A stretch of DNA of 64,000 bases from Azolla caroliniana (lineage: Eukaryota; Plantae; Polypodiophyta), in the NCBI GenBank assembly GCA_043228905.1, contig JBHGNT010000007.1:22258001-22322000 (forward strand), read 5' to 3'. Of this stretch, positions 36,969-50,299 are shown in pieces (within the stretch, counting starts at the first letter, position 1; every line of letters starts with the position of its first letter). The notes under the pieces are model-generated. The model saw only the letters and a list, made by a program, of their open reading frames with translations, did no database searches and was not told where the DNA came from. A program made the translations under genes and the position numbers.

Positions 36969-39233
36969 TCATGCAAAGGCCTTCACATCCACTAGAAATC
37001 GTCGCCGGAAGTGACCTTGCTCGGACGGAGTGCGGAAGAGGATACCCTGGAGCCCCATCCCCATTCCAATGGCCGACTCCCTAAAACCCCATGCAACCCC
37101 ATCGGATGAAGACCAATCTATATGAGTACTACTTGTTTCCTCACACGTGTTAGGGGTTCCGATGCTCTTACCGGAGGAATGTGAAATATCAAATGTAAAA
37201 CCCGAGCTTTTACAAGAGCCCGAACCAAGCGCCGTAGAAGGTGTGGGCGAATGGGCATCAAACGATCCCACTTTACTCGTCCCGCCCATTTGAGGGAGGG
37301 TCACATGACATTCACCACGATCACCATACTTATTCTCATTGCTACATTCTCGGTGTTGGTGTTGAGGTGCATTCATATGCTTGGCATACGGTTTCACATT
37401 GCACCCAACCATAGTAGCCGAGGTCACCGACCCATCCCTATTCGAAGACTCACCCGTTGTATCACTATCATAGAAGGGCCAATCACAAAAATCGACATTC
37501 GGGCTTATCGAATCGAGACCACAAAACAAATCGTCGTGGTGCGTGGTCTCCGATGGGCTTGGATACACGGAATACCCCTTGCCCAAACTCACCTTTGTAG
37601 ACTGGAACGATAGAACTTCTTCATTGATAAGGTTGGCTATGGTATTGAGATTCGATTCCGGATAATTCATGTCTCGAATCATCTCTTCGGCCACGCTCTG
37701 GGGAGTGTCATACCTCAAATCGAATGGGAAATCGATGCTACACGATGTGCTCGATTCTTGGATATGTATATTGAGGTGCAAAACATATGGATCTTCGACT
37801 CGGCCCGTCACGTAATAACTCCGGCGGAAAGATGGGCTCTTGGTACAAATGGGCTTCCCAAACCTAATGTCCGAGGTGCTCTTGGTACAAATTGCATCAT
37901 CCGGCTCGCACTCTTCGGTTTCGAATAGAGTGGACATGTTCTCATTGGATGAGAAATGGAAAGACGAGGACTTACCACCGGGGAATCGTCCGGTCATGTC
38001 CATGAGATTGGGCATCGAGATTGAATTCTTGATGATGGGCGAATCGGTAGGCCATCTTCCCCCCGGGTGTGAAAAGAAGGGGTCGGCCAAGAGCTCTCTC
38101 GCCGACGGCCGCTTCGAGGCGTGCACCAAGCATCTCTGGATGAGGCACAATGCTTGGATGTCTTTCACGCGGGACAAGGATGCCGGCTTCTGGCCGGACG
38201 AGACCTTCTTGTAGATCTCGGGCAAGCTCTTGCACTCACTATAGGGGCATTCGCCCGTGAGGAGCTCGAGAAGGCACATCCCGAAGGAGTAGATGTCGAC
38301 GAGCTCATCGTAGTCCTCTTCGAACATCTCGGGGGCCATGAATTCGGGCGTCCCGACCGCCACATGCATGCGATGAGGATGGTCGGAACCGGGGCCCCCC
38401 TCGAGGAAGGCGGCCGACCCGAAATCCCCGATCTTGAGCACGGTGCTAGAGCTATGCTTGAGGAAGATGTTCTCGCATTTAAGGTCTCGGTGGATGATCG
38501 GGGACGGGGTCTGGGAGTGCATGTGAACGAGGCCCGAGAGGATCTGGTGCGCCCACGACCTCACGGCCTTGCGGCTGATCCGGCCGTGCCGGAGCCGGAA
38601 CCCTAGGAGGGTAGAGGAGCAAAGCTCGGTGATGAAATTCGGCCGGCCGGTAGATCCATCTACCCAAGAAGTGTAGAGCTTGAGGATGGACTTGTGGCCA
38701 TATAGGCACCGCAAGGCGCGGAGCTCTGTCTCGACGGCTAGGGCTAGGTCATCGGGGCCATCGGCGGGCGGGAGAATTGCCTTGTTCCATGCCACCTCTT
38801 TGCAGGCCGTGAAATCGAAGGCTCGGTAGACCGTCTTCATCGCCCCTTTGCCCAGCACTTCTGCGTAGCGCCCGTAGCGCCCGCTAGGATCGTACTCTAC
38901 CACTCCATCTCCCACTACATGCCTATCATCTATGACCATATCATGGCCACCATCACCATGGCAATCAACATCTTCCTCCTCCTCCTCTTCTTCTTCTTCT
39001 TCACAATATTGATCATCATCATCATCTAAGGCAGTATAATCTGCATCCACATAATCCGACGGTGATTTATGCTCTTCCTCTTCCTCCTCCTCTTCTTCTT
39101 CTTCTTCTTCTTCTTCTTCTGATTCTGATTCTGAAGGACCTGATTTATGTGGTATACTACCACAATTGGCATTAGTATGGAGAAGCTCTGGGGGCTCCTC
39201 AACATCATCTAATACGCTTTCTATGCAAGCCAT
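36969..39233 (-). CDS. WNK: Intronless WNK-family Ser/Thr kinase (754 aa) with acidic N-terminus
   Basis: GRYGRYAEVLGKGAMKTVYRAFD..EVAWN places the catalytic Lys in subdomain I. It also has IIHRDLKCENIF, GTPEFMAPE, YDELVDIYSFGMC and the PF2/OSR1_C-like segment IDFPFDLRYDTPQSVAEEM. The ORF is single and uninterrupted. Confidence 0.95.
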   Translation of the reverse strand: MACIESVLDDVEEPPELLHTNANCGSIPHKSGPSESESEEEEEEEEEEEEEEEEHKSPSDYVDADYTALDDDDDQYCEEEEEEEEEEDVDCHGDGGHDMVIDDRHVVGDGVVEYDPSGRYGRYAEVLGKGAMKTVYRAFDFTACKEVAWNKAILPPADGPDDLALAVETELRALRCLYGHKSILKLYTSWVDGSTGRPNFITELCSSTLLGFRLRHGRISRKAVRSWAHQILSGLVHMHSQTPSPIIHRDLKCENIFLKHSSSTVLKIGDFGSAAFLEGGPGSDHPHRMHVAVGTPEFMAPEMFEEDYDELVDIYSFGMCLLELLTGECPYSECKSLPEIYKKVSSGQKPASLSRVKDIQALCLIQRCLVHASKRPSARELLADPFFSHPGGRWPTDSPIIKNSISMPNLMDMTGRFPGGKSSSFHFSSNENMSTLFETEECEPDDAICTKSTSDIRFGKPICTKSPSFRRSYYVTGRVEDPYVLHLNIHIQESSTSCSIDFPFDLRYDTPQSVAEEMIRDMNYPESNLNTIANLINEEVLSFQSTKVSLGKGYSVYPSPSETTHHDDLFCGLDSISPNVDFCDWPFYDSDTTGESSNRDGSVTSATMVGCNVKPYAKHMNAPQHQHRECSNENKYGDRGECHVTLPQMGGTSKVGSFDAHSPTPSTALGSGSCKSSGFTFDISHSSGKSIGTPNTCEETSSTHIDWSSSDGVAWGFRESAIGMGMGLQGILFRTPSEQGHFRRRFLVDVKAFA

Positions 39234-39314
39234 GGTGAAAATTGGGGGGGTGAGGGGGGTGCTTATTGCTACAGACAGATCTGCGCAAATATATGAATGA
39301 AATATAGCTATAGC

Positions 39315-39420
<106 letters not shown>

Positions 39421-39583
39421 AGAAGGAAGGGGGGACTGCTTGATTCTTAGCAAAAGATGTATGAAGGAAAGAAGAAAGAAGAAAGAAAGAAAGCTATGGT
39501 TGCTTGGTTGAGTTAATTGCAAAGAAAGCTCTAAATAGTGGGGGGGTGGAGGAGGAGGAAGAAGAAAGGTGAATTATTTCATG

Positions 39584-39626
<43 letters not shown>

Positions 39627-39719
39627 ACATGGGCAAGGTTCATAATGATAATGATGATAACAGTAATTTTGTGCAGTAAAAGGAGCAAAAGATAAAGGAA
39701 GAAGGGGAAGAGGCAGAGT

Positions 39720-40220
39720 ATGTATGCTATGTTATGTTATGTTATGTTATGTTATGTTATGTTATGTTATGTTATGTTATGTTATGTATGTATGTATGTA
39801 TGTATGTATGCATAGAAAGAACGGGTGGGTATGTATATATGTCATATGTGTATGTAAATATGTATACATATGTGTACAGTGTGACTCTATGTATGTATAG
39901 ATGCATGCATATGTATGTGTGTGTAGGGTTATGCTATGTACGTATGCATAACATTAGGGGTTGTGTATACATATGTATATATGTAGGTGTGTGTATGTTA
40001 TATTATTGACTAATTGCATAACAAAGAGGTGTGTTTATGTATGTATATTATGTATGTATTGTAGGTTATGTTATGTATGTATGTGTAGGTTATGTTATGT
40101 ATGTATGCATAACATTAGGGGTTGTATATATGCATGCATGCATGTATGTGTGTTATATTATTGACTAATTTCATAACAAAGAGGCGTGTTTATGTGTGTT
40201 ATGTATGTATGTATATTGTG

Positions 40221-40250
<30 letters not shown>
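39720..40250. repeat. (TATGT)n / (TATG)n low-complexity tract with an internal duplication
   Basis: Read directly from the sequence. gcataacattaggggttgt and tattattgactaatt.cataacaaagagg each occur twice. Confidence 0.85.
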
Positions 40251-40251
<1 letters not shown>

Positions 40252-40652
40252 TGCGAGTGTATGCTTAGCCTTGTGTGCCTCCACAGTACTCTTCACCACC
40301 CGCCCAAAAGTCGATATCTGTCATGTTTTCTTTTTTCTTCTTGTTGTCTTTGATTGTGGTATTGAAACACGATATAACGGCGTGAATGTACATATTGTTG
40401 CTGATACGGCAGATTGTAGACCGTAGATTGTAGAGTGTAGTGTGGAGAGAGAGTGGTATGTAGGAAAAGAAAGATAGAGTAATCACCTTCATGACCACTT
40501 AGTCCTCCTTGGTTAAAGAGGGAAAGATACGTTTATCCATCATGCAATGAAGAAACATAGGTCAAAAGTGAAGCATAGAAGTATTTAGTGAGATAGGGAT
40601 CTATATCTTCTCCTTCACCGTTGGCCTCATCTAAATATGGGCAAATGCCACT

Positions 40653-41123
40653 TTCATGAGCCATCAAAACTCAACTTCAATAGATAATTGAAATCATCTT
40701 GACAAGTAGGAATCGAAGACAGTTCAATTCGGCTTAACTGGTTTGGACAAACCATTTTAGTCGTAACTGGTTTGTAAACCAAATTAGACATATCTGGTTC
40801 GGTTCGGTTGGAGCTTTGCCAAATTTCATGAGCCATCGAAACTCAACTTCAATAGATCATTGAAATCATCTTGACAAGTAGGAATCGATGACGGTTCGAT
40901 TTCGGCTTAACCGGTTTGGACAAACCATTTTAGTCGTAACTGGTTTGTAAACCGGTTTAGACATATCTGGTTCGGTTCGGTTGGAGCTTTGCCAAACATA
41001 GCTCAAACTACTTTACGAAGCTCAAGCCTAAACTGACCCAAACCGAAGGGCCGAAGCGCCAAACTGTTTAAGAATGGTTTAACGGCTCAGTTTAAGCTTG
41101 AACAAAGTTGTTGTTGACTCCTA
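40653..41123 (-). mobile_element. AACCG-rich MITE remnant with an internal tandem duplication of about 172 bp
   Basis: ttcatgagccatc.aaactcaacttcaatagat occurs at 40653 and 40825. The right end ..gttgactccta resembles the end of 49560-49802 (..cccactccta). Confidence 0.6.
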
Positions 41124-44100
41124 TTGACAAGCCAAGTATATGAGTTTCACATGCTTAGTGAGCACAAATTGTATCATTATTGCCACATGAATGCATAGTG
41201 GGTGGGCTTGTGTAAGAGCATTTGTCAAGCATATGAGATTACATCCAAAGTTTCTCAAGGTGTCAGGTTGTTTGACTTAAGGCCACCCCCTGGTGTAACT
41301 TTGATGTTTTTTATTTTGTTTTCTTTGCACTTTTATAGGAACATGACCATTGGAAGAGTTTAGGTTCAATTTATGTAGGATTGATAGGTAGAAGTTTATT
41401 GACTTTTCTTGTAGTTTGATGCTTTGTTTGAGAATCATGTAGATACTTTTGTTGATTGGATGAGCTTGTATGTAGTGCCACATCGTGCCTCACTCTGTAG
41501 GCCGATTCCTTGCTTGTAGCATTGCTTCCCTAAGAAGATGTTAGTTGAAGCACCACCTTTCGAAACTGTTCACATTTGTTAAATTGTTTATTGCCTCTCG
41601 GGAGATTTTATTTTTTAAAGCCTAGTTTTAGAAGGTTTAGAGCTTGGTAAAAACAACCTCTTTTGTAATCAGCCATTTTCATATGTTTTTCTCGTCAATG
41701 TTGATAGTTTATGGCTAGTTTCTTCTTTTCATCAATTATTCCTATTGTTTTTTAATCTTATGATATTGTTAGTTTAGTGACTAAGACATGCCACTGACCC
41801 CTAGAACTTGGTTTAAACCTTCACAACATTCTACATTTCGTTTCCCAAAGTCATGTGCCATGTTAGGTTATGTGCTAACGACATATTGAAATAGGCACAA
41901 CTATTACAATGACAGGCAACCACTTTCTGGTCTCGTTTATAAAACGTGTTACTAAATTAGGCCCAACCATTACAGTGACCACCAACCATGTACTTTCTTC
42001 TCTTGCTAGTACAACTCATACAAACTATGCCTCTTGAGTCAAGAAAGAAGATCTCTCCAACGATTTTGCTTGTTTCGAGTCTCTTGATCAAGGAAATATC
42101 TTACTCACATAGCTTAATAATGTATCCTTGTATTTGAAACAATACAAGAATTTGATGCATTTGAGATACTTGGGTCTATTAACCGAAATATCATTTGTGG
42201 TGATGTAGGCCGTATCTTTGTATAATGTCTGTGACTAAGTGAAAAGTTATAACATGCAAAACCTCCTTTGAAGTGGTTGAAAGAGAAATATGTTTCACAT
42301 AAGAGTTTTTTTATTTCAAGGGAATATTTGAAATATTTGGGGGACTCTAGTCATGATAATTGACAAAATACGTTCATTGCACCGTCCGACAAGAGGTATC
42401 TATAGCTTGAATACAATGGCCACAATCCCTACTAGACTTCCCTTAAAAGATGGGATGTGTTTTGTGGACTATGTAAAATGCTTGGAAACTAGTTGCTTGG
42501 TAGGCTAAAAAGCATGGTCAAATTGCAAGTATAAAGATAAGCAATATGTGTATATGATGATTAAATAAGATGCATAATATGTCTCATAGAACATGTTCAA
42601 TTTCCGTAAAGAATTATGTATCTTCATTTATTGTACTCATTTTTCTTCCATGGCAATAATGCGATCCAAGTACCATTTTTGACAGCTGAACGTGTCACGG
42701 AATAGCTATGGGCACATGGATGTTTGATATTTAGCTTTTTTGTGTGCAATAAGATCTAACAATAATAATGCAAAGTGACGTACAATTACATATAGATTTG
42801 TTTATAAAAGAAGCCTACTTATTATCAAAAACATCTCAACCACATATTGTCAATCTAGTACGATGGTGTTTATAAAAAAAAGCTTTCTTATTATCAAGAA
42901 CACCGCAACCATGCATTCTAGATCATATGCTCAAACGATGCTCAAGATCTCCCAATCTTTTACAAATACTAGTTATGAACAGGAGCATATCACTGATTTA
43001 TTCAAGAATCATCGAAACTATTTGTTTATCTAGTCAAAGGAAGTAAGTACATTATTAAGGAATATATGTATGGTCTCTTCTACTTCACTATGTTGAAGTG
43101 ACTTTGTGGAGCAATATACTTTTGACTTTTGAAATATCTTATCTCTCGTGTCATATTACCATTGTAGCAACCAATCACAGTATGTGAGGCATTTGGTCGG
43201 TTTTGGGCATTTTTTTTACGCTGTGCTCAACGTGTTGGATTGTGCATTCTGTAAACACTTTTATTTTAATCCGACGTAATAGATGATTTGCATATAAGGG
43301 TAGGTTTAAAATTAGATTCCATAAATGATAGGAAACTTCTTTATAGAAGCAAATTCCTTTAAAGCTATATGTACATTGGTCAAATATAGTTACTTACATA
43401 AAATTTCTTTCAAGAAAATGATCTACACGCATATGGAGCACTTTTGTACTTCTCCGCGCCTTCAAGCTTCATTGCCCAATCATCCCAAAATACATCAAAA
43501 CAAAATTTAAGTGCAATGTTGTTTGTAGAATGAAACTCTTTTGAAAACACATATGTCTAACTCAATGTAGCCAATATTAATTAGTTTCCACAAATTTCCT
43601 TAAACGACGTGAAACTTGTTTATAGAACTGGATTCCTATAAAGTTATATATAAGTTGGTTGAATCTAATTATTTATGTAGAAACGTTTTTCGATAAAATG
43701 ATCTACACACACAAATGGAACATCCCCATACCACCTTCAAGCTTCATCATGTGGTTCACCTTCTTCCAAAATACGTTAAAGAAGTTTAAGAACAATGTTA
43801 TTCGTAAAATGAGGTTGTTTTGAAAACACATGTCCAACACAAAGGTGCCACCCTATACTTAAAGATGTAAAGTGATTGTGATGTTTTATTTTGATTTTAA
43901 GAGGAACATTTTGTACCTCTATTGCCACTCTATAATGCCATAACAATGTTTTTCAAAGGGCGATGAATTTGCCAATCCTTCTCATATCTCTTGTTGATGA
44001 TATTTACTTTGTATTTTTCATAAGATTCTAAACAATAGCCATACATATTATTGCATTGCCATTCTCCTTGGGCAATCATAGAAAGCACATTTGAGGGATA

Positions 44101-45094
44101 ATTTTGGAAGCATCACCTTTGGTAGAGGTATTGTTATTTAATATTATAGTTGACCTATAGCCATATAAGAAAGCCTCATTGACAATTGTCTTTGGCATGC
44201 AACTTCTCAAACTTTGGCTATAGTCAAGTTCACATCATGGCTGTCCCTTTAACTGATGGAACTTGTCCTTGTGCCAAAACTTCAATCAAGCCTACAATCA
44301 CCCTATTTGCTACCTATTTTTGTACTTTGACACTTCATTTATTTTCTTCTACAATTGTCATGAATTGAGGATCTCGCTTTCTAGAAAGTTCCCTCCATTG
44401 GCATTTGCCCAATTAGGAAATCTTCTTGAAACATCTTTGTCTAGGGTTTTCTTTGTTGGATATATACCCAATCCACCACATTCATTTGACTCTATCACCT
44501 TAAGGAGCATATATCCTTTCTTGGTTGCACATGACTCATTCTTAAAGGTACTTCATCATGTAATAGGTGTTTTTGATTCATCATTTAGATCCAAAATTTA
44601 TTTCTCACTCCATAATAAACTATCATATATCAATTTACTTGATTTATAACCTCATGGGGCTTTGAGTTTTCATTAGGTTTTGGCCACCTTATCAACATGT
44701 AAAGGTCTTCATATTCGCCATCTCCTCCTCATCAAAATAAGTTCTTCAACTAATGTCACAATATTTTGTTCCTCATCGAGGATGATTCAAGGTAAGCAAT
44801 ATTAAACCCTTATACTTGCCTTAACCTAGGTCCATTCCATGTGAATAACTCCATTCATATATGTACATTTAGTCTAATTTGTCAAGCAAATGATGTTGGT
44901 TTCAATCCCTATTCACTTGGTGAGCATCCATCTTCCATTTACCTTAGTTTGTTGCGTTATGAAAAGATATTTCAAATGGGTCATGGTAATGTCAATCGAA
45001 AAAAGTTCCCATTTATTTGGAATGCCCTCTTTGACGAGAATTGTTGTGTGAACTTGAGATCAAAATTCCTTCTTTACCTTATAACACTACTAAC

Positions 45095-45810
45095 TAGCAA
45101 TGGGTCTGGTTCGGTTGGTTTCTTTGCCTTGAAACTGAATCAAACTGAACCAAACCATTTATATAAAACAAAAACCAAACCAAACCGTTTATGAACATTC
45201 AAGCCATTTAAACCAAACCATTGAAAAGGTAAACCAAACCATTTAGGGAAAAGTTGAAACCAAACTGAACCATTTAATAAAAAGTTTAAACCTAACCACA
45301 TTTAAGCCAAACTAATTAAAAAATTAAATAAATAAAAATACACTAAATTAAATAAGAATTTATGTTAAAATAAATAATTAAACATTAGTTAAGCCATTAG
45401 ATTAAATAAACATTTAAGTTAAGTGAATTAAATCAATAAAAAACATTAGTTAAGCCATTAGATTAAATAAAAATTTAAGTTAAGTGAATTAAATCAATAA
45501 AAAACATTAGTTAAGCCATTAGATTAAATAAACATTCAAGTTAAGTGAATTAAATCAATAAAAAACATTAATTAAACCATTAAATTACATAATCATTTAA
45601 GGGATAAAAAAAGTTAGCCCAAAAACCTATAAACCTTTAAACCAAACCACTTGAACCTATAAAATGATAAACCCCAGTTTTAGAACAAACTGAACTGTTA
45701 ATTAATAATTAAAACCAAACCAAACTATTTAATTATTTTGGAACTTATACACCTTTAAACCATGGTTTAATAGTTCGGTTCGGTTTGAGCCGAAACCAGG
45801 CCTATTGCTA
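45095..45810. mobile_element. hAT-type MITE 1
   Basis: TIRs are TAGCAATGGGTCTGGTT / AACCAGGCCTATTGCTA, with an 8-bp TSD CTACTAAC (45087-45094 and 45811-45818). Internal AT-rich tandem repeats of about 65 bp lie at 45380-45590. Confidence 0.88.
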
Positions 45811-45818
45811 CTACTAAC

Positions 45819-46216
45819 GAACAATCGGCAACACCTAACCAAACCGCGAAATTGCGGCTTAACGGTTTCAATGGTTTGGTTTCAACAGTCAGAAACTGCG
45901 GTTTAAATCGTTTAACGGCTTTTTATTTTTAAATTAGAAAAAAAATGTTTTTAAACAATCTTTTCATTTTTAGACCTTATTCTCACATTTTAGGAACATC
46001 TTTAAAATTTTAAAATTTTAAAATAATGAAATATGATAAATTTTAAAAATTAAAAATTAAAAATTTGACCTAAGTTGAAAACCGAAACCTAACCACGAAA
46101 CTGTGGTTTTTACGGTTTAATGGTTTAACAGTTTGAAAAATGTTTAACGGTTTCGTGGTTTGGTTCCAAACCGGTTCGGTTTGGACCGTCTTAAACCGAA
46201 CCGTTGCCGATTGTTA
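45819..46216. mobile_element. hAT-type MITE 2 (different family)
   Basis: TIRs are (G)AACAATCGGCAAC / GTTGCCGATTGTT(A). It is flanked by CTACTAAC and CTGCTAAC (8-bp TSD with 1 mismatch). Confidence 0.85.
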
Positions 46217-47949
46217 CTGCTAACAAGAATTGGAAAATAATTAACGTTTACATGAGCTATCATTTCTCATTCTTTTGATATTGTTAGTTTTAGTAAAGGG
46301 ACCACTAGGCCATCCATACCTAGACCTTGGTTCCAACTGCACATAAATATTCCACACTTCTTCATTTCTTTTGCCCTACTTAGTGCTCCCATGTCATGTC
46401 TTGTTAGTGTATGGAAGTAAGGATTGAAGTCGGCACATATGATATAATGACTTAATAGTTAAATTATTTTTATCCTCACACAACATCCTTGCTTTCGGTA
46501 GTAGGAGTCATGCAAATTACACTTAGTCGTATTTGAAGGAAAATTTATCTCCAAACTTTTTGGTTATTACTAATCTAGCTATTTTAGGAAGATGCTAGTT
46601 GGTTAAATAAGTCGCAAAGGAGACAGATACCCTATCAACATCTACAAGTGAGAAATAATGTGTATGATTAACTAATAAGGCGTAAAAAAAGAAAAAAAAC
46701 GATAGGATTAATAGGATGTTCTTATGTGGAATTCTTCTATATAAGGGGAAAATAATTGAAATTGCTTGAAGTGCCCTTTGTACAATTCAACACCTTGTGT
46801 AAGTGGGTGGAATTGGTTGCTTTCAAACCAACACTATCAAATCATACCTAAACCTAGATTTGTGACAATAAAGCCACACTTTGCATAGATATGTTCCATT
46901 TTCTTCAAAAAAAATATATTTATATCATATTTATCCTAATAACTTTTGGGAGAATGAAACAACATTTTTTGCTATGAGACATCACAATAGTAACATATAT
47001 TCACTTTCCAAAGAAGCTTCCATATGGTCACCAATATCTCTTTTCAAAATATTCCAAGTCATTGCATATTATGTGGCCTTGACAATCTTAATATATTTAA
47101 TTTATCTTTGAATCTAGGCCATCATGACCACATAATTGTGGATGCAATAAGTAATCGTATATTAATGAGTTTTCAGATAAGTTTCATGCAAGTACAAAAC
47201 AAACACCATTGTCAAATGCCACACTAATAAATTTCTTACTTAGTTAATTTCTTTGGACGTAGGTATATAAAATAAATTACATTCATTTAGCTAAGTGAAA
47301 AAAAATAAAAAACTAGGTCCACCATTGTGCTTCATCTTAGTGAAAAAGGGGATCCCCATTTTGGCTCGAACAACGAAATTTATGAGATAGAGAGAGACAT
47401 AGATATCTTTTTAATGTCCATGGGAGATCAATTGTGAGGAAGACTATACAATGAGAAGAATATATGTATGATACACACACACACACACACACATAGAAAG
47501 ACACATGGAGTTAATGACATAGAATGTATGTGATGCATGATGATTCTTTTTTACCAACATCACTTTGTATGACAATTCTACAAGGTGTGGGAAATTTAGA
47601 TCACTTCCTTATTTGTTTGGAGTTTTGTAGTCATGCAATTGACATGTATAAATCTTTACTTGGAAAGCTTCCATTACGCTTTAAGTCTTCTCTTTTGCTT
47701 CAACCTCACCTTGATTCTCTCATGGAGCAATTTTTGATGATTTTTTCACAAGTGGTGGATCAATAAGGAGTTAAAGCATGGGAAATTACTTTACGAAACA
47801 TTAAGATCATTCATCGTATGTATGGAACTAATGTTCAACAATGATGAGGTATTCTTCGACAATTCTCTCTAGGTGTAATGCATTATTGATACATGCATCA
47901 TTAGATGAGGAGCTTTTGGACATCCAGAGTCAATTGCATATTAATGTTT

Positions 47950-48580
47950 CTCAGTTGCAATGCCAAAGTTATTGTTATGCTAAGATGTGACAACTTAGGG
48001 ACGGGCTCATAGATAACCAGTGTCAAATCTCATTTGTTTTTCCAAGTGTTACATATTGCCTATGCTCGATCTAATGTGGTGCATGTGAAGCAAGGGGATG
48101 AATTTATAGTGGATCCTGTTACAATAACTGCAATATGTGTTCATTACTTTAAAGAGTTGATTGACCCACAATTATTAATGACAAATGAGGTGAGTAAAGC
48201 ATGCCATGAGTTTTATGATGTGGTTGGATGTATTGTGCACGATCTCATTAGTCATGAACTGGATGCATATTTCCCTGAGGATGAGATGGGCATGATTTTA
48301 AGGCATCTTCCTAGTGGTAAGAGACCTAGTTGGGATTGATTGACCAATGAAGGTTTTAAATGATATTTGAACATTTTAAAGGGGCCCCTAACTTTGATGT
48401 TTCAACGTTGATGGGATTTTGGTTGTATGCCTCAAGCTTGAAAGGTTGGTCCCATTAAATTAGTTCGGAAGGTGGTATCTCTTGAGTCATTTCATCAATG
48501 GAGACCTATTTCTTTGATGTGTTGGGGGGAGGGAGGGGTTGTATAATATATTTACAAAGGTCTTGGCAAATAGATTCATC
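47950..48580 (+). mobile_element. Highly degenerate L1-type LINE RT fragment
   Basis: Contains WRPISL (tggagacctatttctttg) followed by IFTKVLANR-like codons, and upstream LPSGKRPSWD resembles K.PG.D. Confidence 0.55.
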
Positions 48581-49559
48581 AATCCATAGAGCAAATAAAT
48601 AAGGTTGTTAAGAGTGGGAAACCTTGCTTAACACAAAGTGCTATTGAAAAAATTTGAAATTTAATCACTCATACGTACACAACATATTTTCTGCTCATAG
48701 AGAGAGAGGGGGGGGAGGGGCGGGGGGGGGGGGGGGCGGGGGGGGGATTAGAGAATTGGAATAAAAAGTAGGAATGATAGAGACCGCAACCCCCATAAGT
48801 AGATACATTAACCTGGTTTGATATTGTATGTGAGATCAATGGTGATGAAATAATAACGATGGAATTGATGGGGTTCTATCTTGTGATGGATGGCCATGTG
48901 ATTGATTAAGATAGGCGATAATATGATTACATGAGGAGTTGATTAATGTTTGGATTGGTCTTTGGTATATGCAAGGTACTAAATGAGGGTGACTATTAGG
49001 TTCTTGGGTATTCATGTGCTATTCATGTTCCATAGGATGGACACTAATGCTTGTAGTTCTGGAGTTGAAATGGCCTTAATGGTGGTTTTCTTTTATTACA
49101 ACAAAGAATTTATTGTTTTGGTTATGAACCAAAGCCAAAGAATATATTGATTCCGAAAAAGGACTAAGAATAAAAGGAAAATACGAAGAAAAGGAGTCAA
49201 ATTTTGAACAAAATGGACAAGATTTACAAGAGTGTGGTGAAGACTAACACTAACACGTAATGCTTCAAGTTCACCCTCACAAGGTAAGCATTAGTTATTT
49301 TTTTGGTTATGTTTTTAACTAGTGTTCATTGTTTTTATTGCACGTTTCTTGCAATTGGATGATTTTTTTTTGATAACCCACTTAATGCCAACATGGTGAC
49401 TAGACTCTTAATAATTTAATTTCTCTTGTTTGTTTACCTAGATTTTTAAATTTTTTTATTGTTTTGTGGGAATCCATCACGTGAAGCATGTGAGTGTCAT
49501 ACATACATAACACATACATCTCACGCTATGGAACACATACATATATTTAAAATGTTTAG

Positions 49560-49802
49560 TAAGATTAACCGGTTTGGTTGTTTTCAAACTTGAACTGAAT
49601 TGGCGCCTAAACCGGTTAAGCCTTAACCAGTTTGGCCACCAGTTTAGCCCAAAACAGTTCGGTTAGACTTGAGCCATCCTAAACTAAGTTCGAACTAATT
49701 AAGGAAGCTTAAGCCTGAACCGAACCGAATATAAACTGCCAAACCGTTTAAAATGGTTTAACGACTCAGTTCAAGCTTGAGTCAAGCCGTTTCCCACTCC
49801 TA
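49560..49802 (-). mobile_element. Partial AACCG-rich MITE (same family as 34533 and 40653)
   Basis: Shares sub-terminal blocks with those copies and ends in ..CTCCTA. Confidence 0.55.
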
Positions 49803-50299
49803 AGCACAAGATCACAATATTAACATAGTTGAATATCCCCTTATGAGGTTAGCTAGGCCTCATATTTATAGTCAAACACAAGGTCCCCATGCAAGTTCAT
49901 ACTTGGCCCTTAAGGGTTGTCTCAATCCCTTGGATTAAAAATAATCAGCCCTTCTTTAGATTCTCAATGAACCCGAACACTCTTATCCTTGAGTGTAGAG
50001 AATCACAACAAACACTACCACGAAATAAGTTATGGTTATGCCTGTAACTTGCAAATCTTGCAATGAAAAGTTAGGGAAGGTAGTTGTAATGGTGTGTTTT
50101 GATTCCCACTTAGTATGTTTAATAGACTTATCCATCCGTTTAATTTTTAATTCTCATATTTTTATGGATTGTGGATGTTTTTTTTTAACATCTAGAATTC
50201 TCTCTAACATAGGTGGTTAGAAGCTAAATCCTTAGAAGTAACCAGAGTTTTGGATGTAACTATATTATCACTAGAACCAAGAAGTTATTTCAAATTATT

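Noticed and set aside
37251-38709. Antisense and alternative-frame ORFs over the WNK gene
   Set aside because: These are shadow ORFs expected in GC-rich coding sequence.
41200-45060. Possible coding remnants upstream of WNK
   Set aside because: No recognisable domain or consistent splice pattern could be supported.
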